64,000 bases of DNA, taken from positions 191,061 to 255,060 of the forward strand of contig JBGSRW010000008.1 in the NCBI GenBank assembly GCA_041737355.1, given 5' to 3'. How positions within the stretch are numbered: position 1 is the stretch's first letter; each line of letters starts with the position of its first letter. The notes under the pieces are model-generated. The model ran no database searches. It was not told the origin of the DNA and saw nothing but the letters and a program-made list of their open reading frames with translations. Source of the DNA: Patescibacteria group bacterium. Lineage in GTDB: Bacteria > Patescibacteriota > Patescibacteriia > XYB2-FULL-38-15. Below are positions 19,081-27,606 of this stretch, one piece after another. Made by a program: the position numbers and the translations under genes.

Positions 19081-20328
19081 TTATTTTATTAACGGTTTAA
19101 TTCCTGGTAATATTTTCCCTTCCAAAAATTCAAGCATGGCTCCCCCGCCCGTGGAAATATGATCGATATATCCGGCCATACCAGTTTTTTCTATCGCCTC
19201 TATTGTCTCTCCGCCGCCAACAACCCCGAAAACCTTGCCTTTTGACCGCGCCGCGACAAGTTGACCGAGGGCGATTGACCCATGGCTGTATTTAGGAATT
19301 TCAAAATATCCCATCGGACCGTTCCAGACGATGGTCTGGGCGCGTCTTATAATTTCCGCGTACTTCCTTACCGTTTCAGGGCCAACATCCAAAAGAGCGT
19401 AAGGTTTTTTGCAAAGCTCGGCCTTCTTGCCCGGGACTTTGACTACCCAGGCTTTTTTGCCTTTGAAATCTCCGGCGACAAAATCAACCGGCAAAATTAT
19501 TTTTTTGTTGGCCAGCAATTTTTTCGCAGTTTTAATTTCTTTCTCTTCAAAGACCGAACCGCCGATGCCGTATCCGGCCGCTTTGAAAAAATTATTAACC
19601 AGCGCGCCGCCAAGAAGGATATTGTTCACTTTTTTAAGAAGATTTTCTATGACTCCGATTTTTGTGGAAATTTTCGCTCCGCCGATCATCGCCATAAATG
19701 GCTTTTTTGGCTTAGTAAGCAGCCCGCTTAAAACATTGATTTCTTTTTCCATGAGAAATCCGGCGTAGCTCGGCAAGAATTTCGTCACACCGACGATTGA
19801 GGCGTGTGCCCGATGCGCCGCGGCGAAAGCGTCATTAACGTAAATATCGGCTAAGCCCGCAAGCCCCTTGGCGAATTTCAGATCGTTTTTTTCTTCACCC
19901 GGATCAAAACGTAAATTTTCAAGCAAGATCAATTCTCCATTTGCCATGGCGTCAATTTTTTCCAAAGCTTTTTTTCCTTCCCAGTTGGCCGGAGCAATCC
20001 CTTGCATTCTTAAAATCTTGGCAAGCGCCGCGCCGACCGGTCTCAAACTCAAATCCGCTTTTATTTTTCCGCCCGGGTCGCCCAAGTGGCTTATCAAAAT
20101 AATTTTTGCTCCTGCCGCGAGAAGATAGTTTATAGTCGGAACGGCCGCGACAATTCTCGTATCGTCTGCGACAGTAATTTTTCCGCCGGCTTTTCCAAGT
20201 GGCACATTAAAATCAACCCGGAGCAAAACCTTTTTGCCCTTCAGCTCCTTAATCTCCTTTATTGTTTTGAGTTTCATAAACTTAAAATTAATACGTATAA
20301 AAATATTTTTGGTAACATTATTTCTCAC
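19081..20328 (-). CDS. pgk: Phosphoglycerate kinase
   Basis: KKVLLRVDFNVPL N-terminal signature, GGGA hinge motifs. True start probably the internal MKLKTIKE at about 20277. Confidence 0.9.
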   Translation of the reverse strand: MRNNVTKNIFIRINFKFMKLKTIKEIKELKGKKVLLRVDFNVPLGKAGGKITVADDTRIVAAVPTINYLLAAGAKIILISHLGDPGGKIKADLSLRPVGAALAKILRMQGIAPANWEGKKALEKIDAMANGELILLENLRFDPGEEKNDLKFAKGLAGLADIYVNDAFAAAHRAHASIVGVTKFLPSYAGFLMEKEINVLSGLLTKPKKPFMAMIGGAKISTKIGVIENLLKKVNNILLGGALVNNFFKAAGYGIGGSVFEEKEIKTAKKLLANKKIILPVDFVAGDFKGKKAWVVKVPGKKAELCKKPYALLDVGPETVRKYAEIIRRAQTIVWNGPMGYFEIPKYSHGSIALGQLVAARSKGKVFGVVGGGETIEAIEKTGMAGYIDHISTGGGAMLEFLEGKILPGIKPLIK

Positions 20329-20575
20329 CTTCTATTTCTTCGAGTTCCCATGACGGCTTATCAATTTTTTCCACCATGATTTCGGCGTTTTTTGCCAAAC
20401 TATCTTTTGCCAAAAGATGGATGTTAAATTTTAAATTTTCCGGATCGATTTCCGAACCGTGTTCAATAACGCTTCCCAAACCGATTTTAATTTTTGTCAC
20501 TTCCTTGAGGCCGTTCTGCTTGGCATGCTCCAAAACCATTTTTAAAATTCTGTCGGCTTCGTGTAAATCGTGCAT
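20318..20575 (-). CDS. HypA-like hydrogenase maturation protein lacking the zinc-finger
   Basis: 85 aa. N-terminus MHDLHEADRILKMVLEHAK matches the HypA MHE..S nickel-binding N-terminus, but no CxxC...CxxC zinc site is present. Immediately downstream of hydA. Confidence 0.45.
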   Translation of the reverse strand: MHDLHEADRILKMVLEHAKQNGLKEVTKIKIGLGSVIEHGSEIDPENLKFNIHLLAKDSLAKNAEIMVEKIDKPSWELEEIEGEK

Positions 20576-20576
20576 A

Positions 20577-21860
20577 TTAATGTGTCGCGCAGGTCATGCA
20601 AGGATCGTAAGCGCGAACCATCATATTGATTTTCCACTTTCTGTCGCGCTCGTCTTTGACCCTCGCTTCGCTTAAATATTTTTTTAAATCGTTTTCCAAA
20701 TTGTCCAAAAATTGGGCGGTCGGCGTAATGATGTTGCAGGCGCGAATCACCCCGTATTTGTCGATTTTGTAATAATGATAAAGCGTTCCGCGCGGTGCCT
20801 CGGTGGCTGCCAGCCCTTCGCCATTTTTCATTGTATATTTCACGGATAAAATTCTTGATTTTTCCTTAAGATATTCTCCAAGCAGTTTTTTAACTTCCTC
20901 AACGCAGCTAACTAATTCCACCGCCTGGGCGTAAATATTGTGGAAAGTATTATAAGTCAAAACTTTTTCGCCCGCCGATTTTTCAAAAAACGGCAAAAAC
21001 TTTTTTGCTTCGCTGCCGAGATTTTTATGGCTCAAATTAAGCCGGGCAATCGCCCCGAGCATAAAACTTTTTCCCTCGTGGCTGGCGCGTTTTGTCGGGT
21101 CGTCTTCGGATTGTTTTTCTGAAAGTTCTTTATAAAATTCTTCCACTGAAGTTTTCGGCTGAACGCTTGAACCCATTTTCCCGTCGTAAAAAGCGTACTC
21201 GCGCGGCGAAACTAGTCCAGCAAATTCAACCTTGCGTTCGTATTTCGGATAATCAAGGGCGCGGAAAAATTTTGCCACGCTGATTGCCGCCGCCAAAACT
21301 TCATCCGCCTCGTCAATTAACTCCTGCAGCAATTTATCGTCGGGAATTTTCCGGAAACCGCCGATTTCCGTGGCTAGCAAATGCATATCGCGCCCGCCGA
21401 CCACGTCTTTTATTTTATTGCCAAAATCACGGATTAAAATAATCTGTTTGGCGAGATCTGGATATTTTTTAATCAAATCAATATCGCTCTCGTATTTAAA
21501 AAAGTCCGACAAGGACAAAAAGAAAAGATGGGCGGCGTGGCTCTGGATAGGCTCTGCTAAATCTAAAACTTTCCTTAGTCGCTCTGCCTGCGGTGTAATT
21601 TTCACGCCAAAGGCCTGCTCGATCGCCTTGATACTTGTAAGATTATGGGCGACTGAGCAGATTCCGCAGATGCGCGAAGTAACAATCGGCGCTTCGATAA
21701 AATGACGATCGAGAATTATTGACTCGATGAGCCGGGCTCCAATTTTTATTTTAATCTTGGCGCTTGTGATATCGCCCCGGAGCATATCGGCAAAAAAACT
21801 GGCGTGTCCCTCGATTTTCGCAAGATGTGAAATTTTTATTTTCATAATACTATTCCTCAA
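20577..21860 (-). CDS. hydA: [NiFe]-hydrogenase large (alpha) subunit, group 3-like
   Basis: N-terminal RICGICSVAH (RxCGxCxxxH) and C-terminal DPCMTCATH (DPCxxCxxH) Ni-Fe ligand motifs. 427 aa is typical of cytoplasmic group 3 enzymes. Confidence 0.9.
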   Translation of the reverse strand: MRNSIMKIKISHLAKIEGHASFFADMLRGDITSAKIKIKIGARLIESIILDRHFIEAPIVTSRICGICSVAHNLTSIKAIEQAFGVKITPQAERLRKVLDLAEPIQSHAAHLFFLSLSDFFKYESDIDLIKKYPDLAKQIILIRDFGNKIKDVVGGRDMHLLATEIGGFRKIPDDKLLQELIDEADEVLAAAISVAKFFRALDYPKYERKVEFAGLVSPREYAFYDGKMGSSVQPKTSVEEFYKELSEKQSEDDPTKRASHEGKSFMLGAIARLNLSHKNLGSEAKKFLPFFEKSAGEKVLTYNTFHNIYAQAVELVSCVEEVKKLLGEYLKEKSRILSVKYTMKNGEGLAATEAPRGTLYHYYKIDKYGVIRACNIITPTAQFLDNLENDLKKYLSEARVKDERDRKWKINMMVRAYDPCMTCATH

Positions 21861-22608
21861 GTTTCAAAAAATCGTCTTCTGCGCCGTATGTTTCCATCAC
21901 TTCGGCCAGATATTTTTTTCCGACTAATTTTTCCAAATTTTTTATATGCTTCTTAATCTGCGGTCCGGATCCAGGAAGCGGCCCGCGGCAGCCGTAGCAG
22001 AATCTTTTGCTCCTAAGACAAACCGCCTTACATCCGCCAAGCGTAATCGGCCCCAAACATGGTTCACCTTTTTGCAGGAGGCACTCATATCCTAGCGTCT
22101 GGCATTCAAAACAGATTGGGCGGACGGGAATTTTCGGTTTCCGGCCAAAAGCTAAATCAGAAACTATCCGGTAAAATTCGTCCTGGTCAATCGGGCAACC
22201 GGGAACGGCGTAATCAACTTCTACCACCTTCCAGAGCGGCACGACGGCCGGATTTTCAATCCGCTGGTATTTTGGGTAAACATATTTAACTTTTTCTTTT
22301 TTCCCATGTTCGGTATAATTTTTTATTTCCTGAACACCGCCCAAATGGGCACAGGAACCGATCGCTACTAAAATTTTCGATTTCTTCCGCAATTCTTTTA
22401 GATATTTAAAATCTTCATGGGTGAGCGGCGTGCCTTCAACCAACGCCACGTCGTATTTCGGTCTCTCCCGCTTTTCCTCGGCCCAGGCAAAATTTCCCAA
22501 ATCAAAAATCTGAAAAAGATCGAGCATTCTTTTCCCCAAATTCAGGATCTCAACCTGGCATCCCTCGCAGCAAGTCATGCTGGCAATCGCAAGCGTCGGT
22601 TTTTTCAT
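21850..22608 (-). CDS. hydD: [NiFe]-hydrogenase small (delta) subunit
   Basis: Starts MKKPTLAIASMTCCEGCQVE. Cys clusters for proximal/medial FeS clusters. Overlaps hydA by 11 nt. Confidence 0.85.
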   Translation of the reverse strand: MKKPTLAIASMTCCEGCQVEILNLGKRMLDLFQIFDLGNFAWAEEKRERPKYDVALVEGTPLTHEDFKYLKELRKKSKILVAIGSCAHLGGVQEIKNYTEHGKKEKVKYVYPKYQRIENPAVVPLWKVVEVDYAVPGCPIDQDEFYRIVSDLAFGRKPKIPVRPICFECQTLGYECLLQKGEPCLGPITLGGCKAVCLRSKRFCYGCRGPLPGSGPQIKKHIKNLEKLVGKKYLAEVMETYGAEDDFLKLEE

Positions 22609-22611
22609 AAA

Positions 22612-23115
22612 CTATTTTAATAATTCAACTATTTTTTCTCCAAAACTTCGCGCCGCGTCCGGTCCTGAAGCGGTAATAATTTTCCCGTCGGCCTCTACTG
22701 GCGCGCCGGTGTATTCCGCCCCGCCCGCCGCCAGAGTTTCTTCCTCGTCGGGCGTCGAAGTCGCTTTCACCCCCGAGAGAAGGCCGGCTTTGGCCAAAAT
22801 CGCCGGAGCAAGGCAAATTGCCGCGACAATTTTCCCGGCATCAAAAAACTCCCGCGCCAGATCATGAACCCTCTCGTCATCAAGATAAACTTCCGCGCCC
22901 CGTCCGCCAACCAAAACTATCGCCGAAAAATCATCAAGCTCCGCGTCGTCAACCGTCAGATCCGGCATTACTGTTCCGCCGAGCCGCCCTTTTGCCAAAG
23001 TCAATTCCTGGCTCGCGACCTCGACATCAATCCCTTTTTTTATAAAAACATCCCTCGGTTCAAAAAATTCCTCATCACGAAAATCTTTTTGCGCGACAAC
23101 CATTAAAATTTTCAT
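22612..23115 (-). CDS. DJ-1/PfpI family protein
   Basis: 167 aa. AICLAPAILAKAG nucleophile-elbow region typical of DJ-1/PfpI. Confidence 0.75.
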   Translation of the reverse strand: MKILMVVAQKDFRDEEFFEPRDVFIKKGIDVEVASQELTLAKGRLGGTVMPDLTVDDAELDDFSAIVLVGGRGAEVYLDDERVHDLAREFFDAGKIVAAICLAPAILAKAGLLSGVKATSTPDEEETLAAGGAEYTGAPVEADGKIITASGPDAARSFGEKIVELLK

Positions 23116-23121
23116 AAAAAT

Positions 23122-24006
23122 CTATTTTATAAAAATTGAAAACAAAAATCCCAGAACCGAGAAAAAAGCCAAGGGCGGCAGGGCCGGCATGGGCGTTTTT
23201 TGCGGCTGGGTCGTGAAAAGGACATGGAGCACCACCAAACCGACAAGCGATCCGGCAATCGTGAAAACCGCGCTCTCCAAACCGTAGGAAATCGCAGAAA
23301 CCGCCAAAATCAAGGGCAAAATCAAATCCCCTGTTCCCAAAAACATAAACTCGTTGCCCGGCGCGACCTTGGACAAATTAACCGCCCAGCCCCGCCACTT
23401 CATTGGAAAAATCAGAGCCATGATTACTCCCCTCACGACCAGCTCTTTGAACATCATGACCATTTGGGCCGTTTTATAAACCGCGATGTAATCGTAAATG
23501 GAAATCAAAAATAAAATAACAAGAATCGCCGAAATAGGCAGAGACAAGCCAAAGGCGGCCCCAATGCCGGCAACCCCTAAAATAACCGCCAGATTATGGA
23601 ACCAGACGCGAGGCAGGACAAACTGGAGAACGACAAAAATTATTGCCAAGCCAACCGAAAATATTGTCGGCAAAAAAATACTGAAAACCGTCTGGGATCC
23701 TAAAAAAATTATCAAAGCGAAAATTCCCCTGAAAAAAGAACCGCCTTTTATAAATCTCAGGGAAATGATCAGAAGAATCGTGGCAATAACAAAAGAAATC
23801 AAGAATTCCCAAAGAGAGGTGGCTATTTTTATTTCTGCGAATGCCTCATAGCTCATCAAGCGCATGGCGGCCCAAAGCCCGATGATCTGAACCAGGCCGA
23901 AAACAACCAATTCCTGAAATAAAAATTTGCCTTTGAAGACGGGCGAAACGGGCATGATTTTAATCTTAAATTCTGGTTGATTAAACTTAACTTTATTATA
24001 GCACAT
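23122..24006 (-). CDS. Presenilin / signal-peptide-peptidase-like GxGD intramembrane aspartyl protease
   Basis: 294 aa, about 8-9 TM helices. YD motif (ISIYDYIAV), GxGD motif (FLGTGDLILPL) and a C-terminal PAL motif (MPALPPLAFF), in the order characteristic of the A22 family. Confidence 0.55.
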   Translation of the reverse strand: MCYNKVKFNQPEFKIKIMPVSPVFKGKFLFQELVVFGLVQIIGLWAAMRLMSYEAFAEIKIATSLWEFLISFVIATILLIISLRFIKGGSFFRGIFALIIFLGSQTVFSIFLPTIFSVGLAIIFVVLQFVLPRVWFHNLAVILGVAGIGAAFGLSLPISAILVILFLISIYDYIAVYKTAQMVMMFKELVVRGVIMALIFPMKWRGWAVNLSKVAPGNEFMFLGTGDLILPLILAVSAISYGLESAVFTIAGSLVGLVVLHVLFTTQPQKTPMPALPPLAFFSVLGFLFSIFIK

Positions 24007-24042
24007 TTCGGGAACCTCTTAAAACTGGTATAATTTTATCGT

Positions 24043-24669
24043 ATGCTATTAGAAAACAGGGCTGAAGCAGGCCAAAAATTGGCTGAATTGCTGAAACAAT
24101 TCAAAGACGCCAAAGAAACAATAATCATCGCCTTGCCGCGCGGCGGGGTTGTAGTCGGCTTCGAAGTGGCAAAAGAACTAAATCTCCCGCTGGATATTGT
24201 CGTGCCGCGAAAAATCGGCGCGCCGGGCAATCCCGAATTTGCCATCGGCGCCATAACAGAGTCGGGCGAAATGATTTTGAATGAAGAAGTTTTTGGAATT
24301 TCGGAAAGTTATTTGAAAAGCGAGACGGAAAAGGAAAGGGCCGAGGCGGAACGGAGATTAAGACTCTACCGCGGCAGCCGTCTGCCGCTTGATTTAGAAA
24401 ACAAAACCGTTATCCTGATTGACGACGGCCTGGCCACCGGGCTTACCATGCGGGCGGCTATTTCGAGCGTCAAAAAAATGAAGGCGAAAAAAATTATTGT
24501 CGCCGTGCCAATTGCTCCGCCCGAGACAGTGGAATTGATAAAAAAAGAAACTGATGAAATATTTTATCTTGAGGCTCCCCTGCTCTTCGGCGCCGTCGGG
24601 GCGTTTTACAAAGAATTCGGCCAGACGACTGATGAAGAAGTGATTGATTTGTTGAAAAAATCTGAATAG
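24043..24669 (+). CDS. Type I phosphoribosyltransferase-domain protein
   Basis: 208 aa. PRPP-binding loop VILIDDGLATGLTM. Two PRTase-fold halves. Confidence 0.7.
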   Translation: MLLENRAEAGQKLAELLKQFKDAKETIIIALPRGGVVVGFEVAKELNLPLDIVVPRKIGAPGNPEFAIGAITESGEMILNEEVFGISESYLKSETEKERAEAERRLRLYRGSRLPLDLENKTVILIDDGLATGLTMRAAISSVKKMKAKKIIVAVPIAPPETVELIKKETDEIFYLEAPLLFGAVGAFYKEFGQTTDEEVIDLLKKSE

Positions 24670-24721
24670 TTTGGAAAGTAAAAACTCTCTGTCATCCTTC
24701 GCTTCGCTCCTCCAGAATGAC

Positions 24722-24752
24722 AAAAAAACTCCGCCGCTCCGCGGAGTTTTAA
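24722..24752. terminator. Bidirectional terminator hairpin
   Basis: aaaaaaactccgc-cgc-tccgcggagtttt. A-run on one side and T-run on the other, so it can serve both the + strand PRTase gene and the - strand paralog gene. Confidence 0.5.
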
Positions 24753-24878
24753 AGTTTATCCCCCAGACTTGTCCTTGCAGGTGTGGAGGTAAAAAAATCC
24801 CGCATGAAACTTGCGTAACACGCGGGAAAGCAGCAGTTTTGTCCAAGAGACCTAGAAGGGCCTAGGTTTCAAGAACCA

Positions 24879-25487
24879 CTACTTGTGGACGGCCAAGAAC
24901 CGGTAATGATCGCTCCATTCGATGCCGACCCAGAGTACGAAAAGGTGCCGCTCGTTGAGGCGCCAGTCGAGACAGGCGAAGAAGCGGCCGCCGTGCCGAT
25001 CCATGAAGTGCGAGCCGAGAGCCACGATCCCGAACTCCTTCTGGAGCTCGGGACGAGCGGCGCCGAGGGCCAAGAGCTCTTCGATCTTGGCCGGACGGAG
25101 GCCGCGACGGGCGAGTTCCGCGAGAATTTCGTCGGTCGAGGCCATCTTGTTCATGTGAACGAGGACGAGCTCGCGGAGGACCTTGCCCTCGCCCGAGATC
25201 GGGAAGAACCCGGGGGTGATGTCATCGTTCACGAAGTCGTAGCGGCCGGAGGCGATCATTGCCTCGAGGCTCTGACCATAGTCGACCTCGACCTTGAAGG
25301 TCGCGTCGGAAGGGAGGGCCGCCTTCACCATGGCGATTTCCGCCTGGCCCTTGACGAGAGGCAGCAACCGCGCGAGCAGGTCTCCTTCGGAGAGCCGCTT
25401 CACGTCGGCGTTGGTCCAGCCGTTCCGGCCGAAAGCCATTGCCAGCTCATGGGCCTGGCCAGTTGTCATCTTGAACTCGTCACTCAT
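24879..25487 (-). CDS. Hypothetical protein, paralog family member 1 (GC-rich cassette B)
   Basis: 202 aa. Shares the block GRYDFVNDDIT ... RGLRPAKIEELLALGA.RPE.QKEFGIVALGS ... RFLAV with the protein at 42762-43395. Confidence 0.5.
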   Translation of the reverse strand: MSDEFKMTTGQAHELAMAFGRNGWTNADVKRLSEGDLLARLLPLVKGQAEIAMVKAALPSDATFKVEVDYGQSLEAMIASGRYDFVNDDITPGFFPISGEGKVLRELVLVHMNKMASTDEILAELARRGLRPAKIEELLALGAARPELQKEFGIVALGSHFMDRHGGRFFACLDWRLNERHLFVLWVGIEWSDHYRFLAVHK

Positions 25488-25547
25488 GACTTGTTCTCTT
25501 TCTTTCTCGCAACCGATTCAATCCGAACCCCGTTGCTGTCTTTGGCC

Positions 25548-25564
25548 GAGAGAAATTCCCAGCC
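25548..25564 (-). promoter_or_regulatory. Conserved 17-nt leader motif (minus-strand GGCTGGGAATTTCTCTC), copy 1
   Basis: Identical 17-mer also present at 43522-43538, upstream of the paralogous gene. Lies in the 5' leader of 24879-25487. A candidate minus-strand TTGACA sits at 25597-25602. Confidence 0.4.
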
Positions 25565-25659
25565 AACGAATTATTAAATCATTCTTTGGATATTTTGTCA
25601 ACACCTTTTTAAATAAAAAAGAGCTAGCTTCAAAAGCCAGCTCAAGGAAAAGAAAAGAA

Positions 25660-26418
25660 TCAGTTGCGCTTGCCGTTCTCGGCTATCTTCCGGCAGGCGG
25701 TGAGAGTCGCTTCGGTCCAGTGTTCAAGCCGGCGCGCTTCATTGAGCGTGATGACTTCGACTACCCTGCCCCAGTGAAAAGCAACCAAGTCGCCAGCTCT
25801 GATACGCGGAATAATCTGCGGATCGCGCCGGACAAGACGCTTTTTTTCTTTTTCTTCCAGCTCTGCCAGGAATCTGTTACCCTCGTGCTTCAGAGATCTT
25901 GCCGAAACGGTAAGCTCCGGCCCCTTGCCAACCGAGACGACTTTTCCCCAGCCGATGCGACAAAGCTCCCAGCCGACCGATTCGCGATCCACCTGACCAG
26001 AAATTCCGCCGATTGCGAGAACATGAAAACTGTGGTGCGGCCGGTGCTGATAGTGGACGTGGTCCGTGGTTTCTTTCGCTGCCGCCTCGGTCATCCGGCC
26101 CTCGCCGACAAAACCGAATATCAGCTCCCTCAGATCTTCCGGCCGGACACGGCCGAGGAGTTCGTTGCCAATCCAGTAGGCGTCAACCACGCGGTCGTCA
26201 AGCCAGTCTTCGATTCCGTTTGCCGCGGCAATGAGCTTCAGGTAGGCCGTGGCCGCGGTAAACTGCCCCAAGAGCCGCCTTGCATGATTGTCGTCGACCT
26301 TGCTCTTGGTCGTGAGATACTGGTATAGCTTGCCCTTCTCACTGCCCCGCGGCCCGCAAAGGCCGAGTTCGTTCGGGTAAAGCGCGTAACGCGCCGCCCG
26401 CTCGTATTTCTTTCCCAT
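25660..26418 (-). CDS. Hypothetical His-rich protein translationally coupled to hypC (GC-rich)
   Basis: 252 aa. ATG is 1 nt after the hypC stop, and the hypC 3' end (gggggagaggaggaaaaaa) provides its RBS. Contains a His cluster HVHYQHRPHHSFH. GC-rich, unlike hypC. Confidence 0.5.
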   Translation of the reverse strand: MGKKYERAARYALYPNELGLCGPRGSEKGKLYQYLTTKSKVDDNHARRLLGQFTAATAYLKLIAAANGIEDWLDDRVVDAYWIGNELLGRVRPEDLRELIFGFVGEGRMTEAAAKETTDHVHYQHRPHHSFHVLAIGGISGQVDRESVGWELCRIGWGKVVSVGKGPELTVSARSLKHEGNRFLAELEEKEKKRLVRRDPQIIPRIRAGDLVAFHWGRVVEVITLNEARRLEHWTEATLTACRKIAENGKRN

Positions 26419-26652
26419 CTATTTTTTCCTCCTCTCCCCCTGATTTTGGAATTCGTCCAGGACGGCAAGGCAATTTTTCGCCTCCTCTTCGGAAATTTTT
26501 TTCATTCCAATGCTGCCTTGCACCAATATCCAATCACCTTTTGCCGCTTCCGGCAAGAGTGAAGTGTCAATATCAAAAACTTTGCCGCCATTTTTAACGG
26601 CGGCTTTATTTTTCTTGATTTTTTCAATTTTACAAGGAATACCGAAGCACAT
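26419..26652 (-). CDS. hypC: Hydrogenase maturation chaperone HypC/HupF
   Basis: 77 aa starting MCFGIPCKIEKI (the essential N-terminal Cys2 motif MC[LF][GA]IP). Confidence 0.8.
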   Translation of the reverse strand: MCFGIPCKIEKIKKNKAAVKNGGKVFDIDTSLLPEAAKGDWILVQGSIGMKKISEEEAKNCLAVLDEFQNQGERRKK

Positions 26653-26678
26653 GATGTAAAATTTCTAATTCCTGATAT

Positions 26679-27593
26679 CTAATGGCTTGTTGTTATATCT
26701 ATTTCCATCTTTTTAAATTTTGAAAATAAACCCAGAACCGCGGCTACTCCCAAAAACATCAGCAAGCTTCCGCTAAAAATCTGCCAGTCGAAAATTCCTT
26801 TTTGCGCCATTTCTAATAAACTTGTAATCGGCGCGCCGAGCGACAAGATGCAGACAGCCGACGAAACCGGAATATATTTCAGGCCTGCATACCAGGTCAA
26901 AACATAACCTAAAAGAAAAATTGCCGTTATCCAAATCCAGCTTAATTCCGCTGCACCCATGCTTCCGAGCAGCTTCATCTGCCCGGTCGCCGCCCAAAAA
27001 ATCAAAATAAATAAAAATCCGAAAAACATTCTCCCCCAGGCAACAATTTTCGGTGAAATATTTTCCAGGGCTTTTTTTGAAATGATTTGTTCGGCGGACC
27101 AAAATAGTGTGGCAGCCAAGACCAGTAATTCACCGTAGCCGAATTGAAATCCATCAAAAATTTTTAAAAGCAGGGCGCTGCCGATCAAAATAAAAAACGC
27201 CCCGGTCATCAGCTTTTTGCTTACTTTCTCCTTCAAAAATATCGCCTCCAAAACTATCACGTAAATAAAAAGTGTTTTGTGGATAAAAGATGTACTCGCC
27301 CCGCTTGTTAGGGATAAACCTTTGAAAAAAAACAGAAAAGGAATGCTTCCGCCGAACAGACCAATCAAGATTAAAGTCAACCATTCTTTAACCTTAAATT
27401 TCGCCAACAATTTCCACTCCCTGAATAAAAAAATCAAGCAAAGCAAAACAACTGCCACGAGCAAATTTTTCAAACCGGCAAAAATATACGGACTAATAAC
27501 CTTAACCCCGAATTGATTAATAAAAATAGAAACACCGGAAATAACTGCTGTTCCCAGAACCAATAAATATCCTTTTTTGGTATTCATAATCAC
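26679..27593 (-). CDS. EamA/DMT-family transporter
   Basis: 304 aa, 10 TM helices in two 5-TM halves. Confidence 0.7.
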   Translation of the reverse strand: MIMNTKKGYLLVLGTAVISGVSIFINQFGVKVISPYIFAGLKNLLVAVVLLCLIFLFREWKLLAKFKVKEWLTLILIGLFGGSIPFLFFFKGLSLTSGASTSFIHKTLFIYVIVLEAIFLKEKVSKKLMTGAFFILIGSALLLKIFDGFQFGYGELLVLAATLFWSAEQIISKKALENISPKIVAWGRMFFGFLFILIFWAATGQMKLLGSMGAAELSWIWITAIFLLGYVLTWYAGLKYIPVSSAVCILSLGAPITSLLEMAQKGIFDWQIFSGSLLMFLGVAAVLGLFSKFKKMEIDITTSH

Positions 27594-27606
27594 TTGTTAT
27601 TTTTTT

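Noticed and set aside
24885-26328. Long + strand ORFs (24885-25577, 230 aa; 25294-26328, 344 aa) antisense to the cassette B genes
   Set aside because: GC-rich DNA is stop-codon-poor, so long antisense ORFs arise by chance. They lack an RBS and their products are low-complexity Arg/Pro/Ser-rich. The minus-strand genes have RBS, paralogy and domain support.
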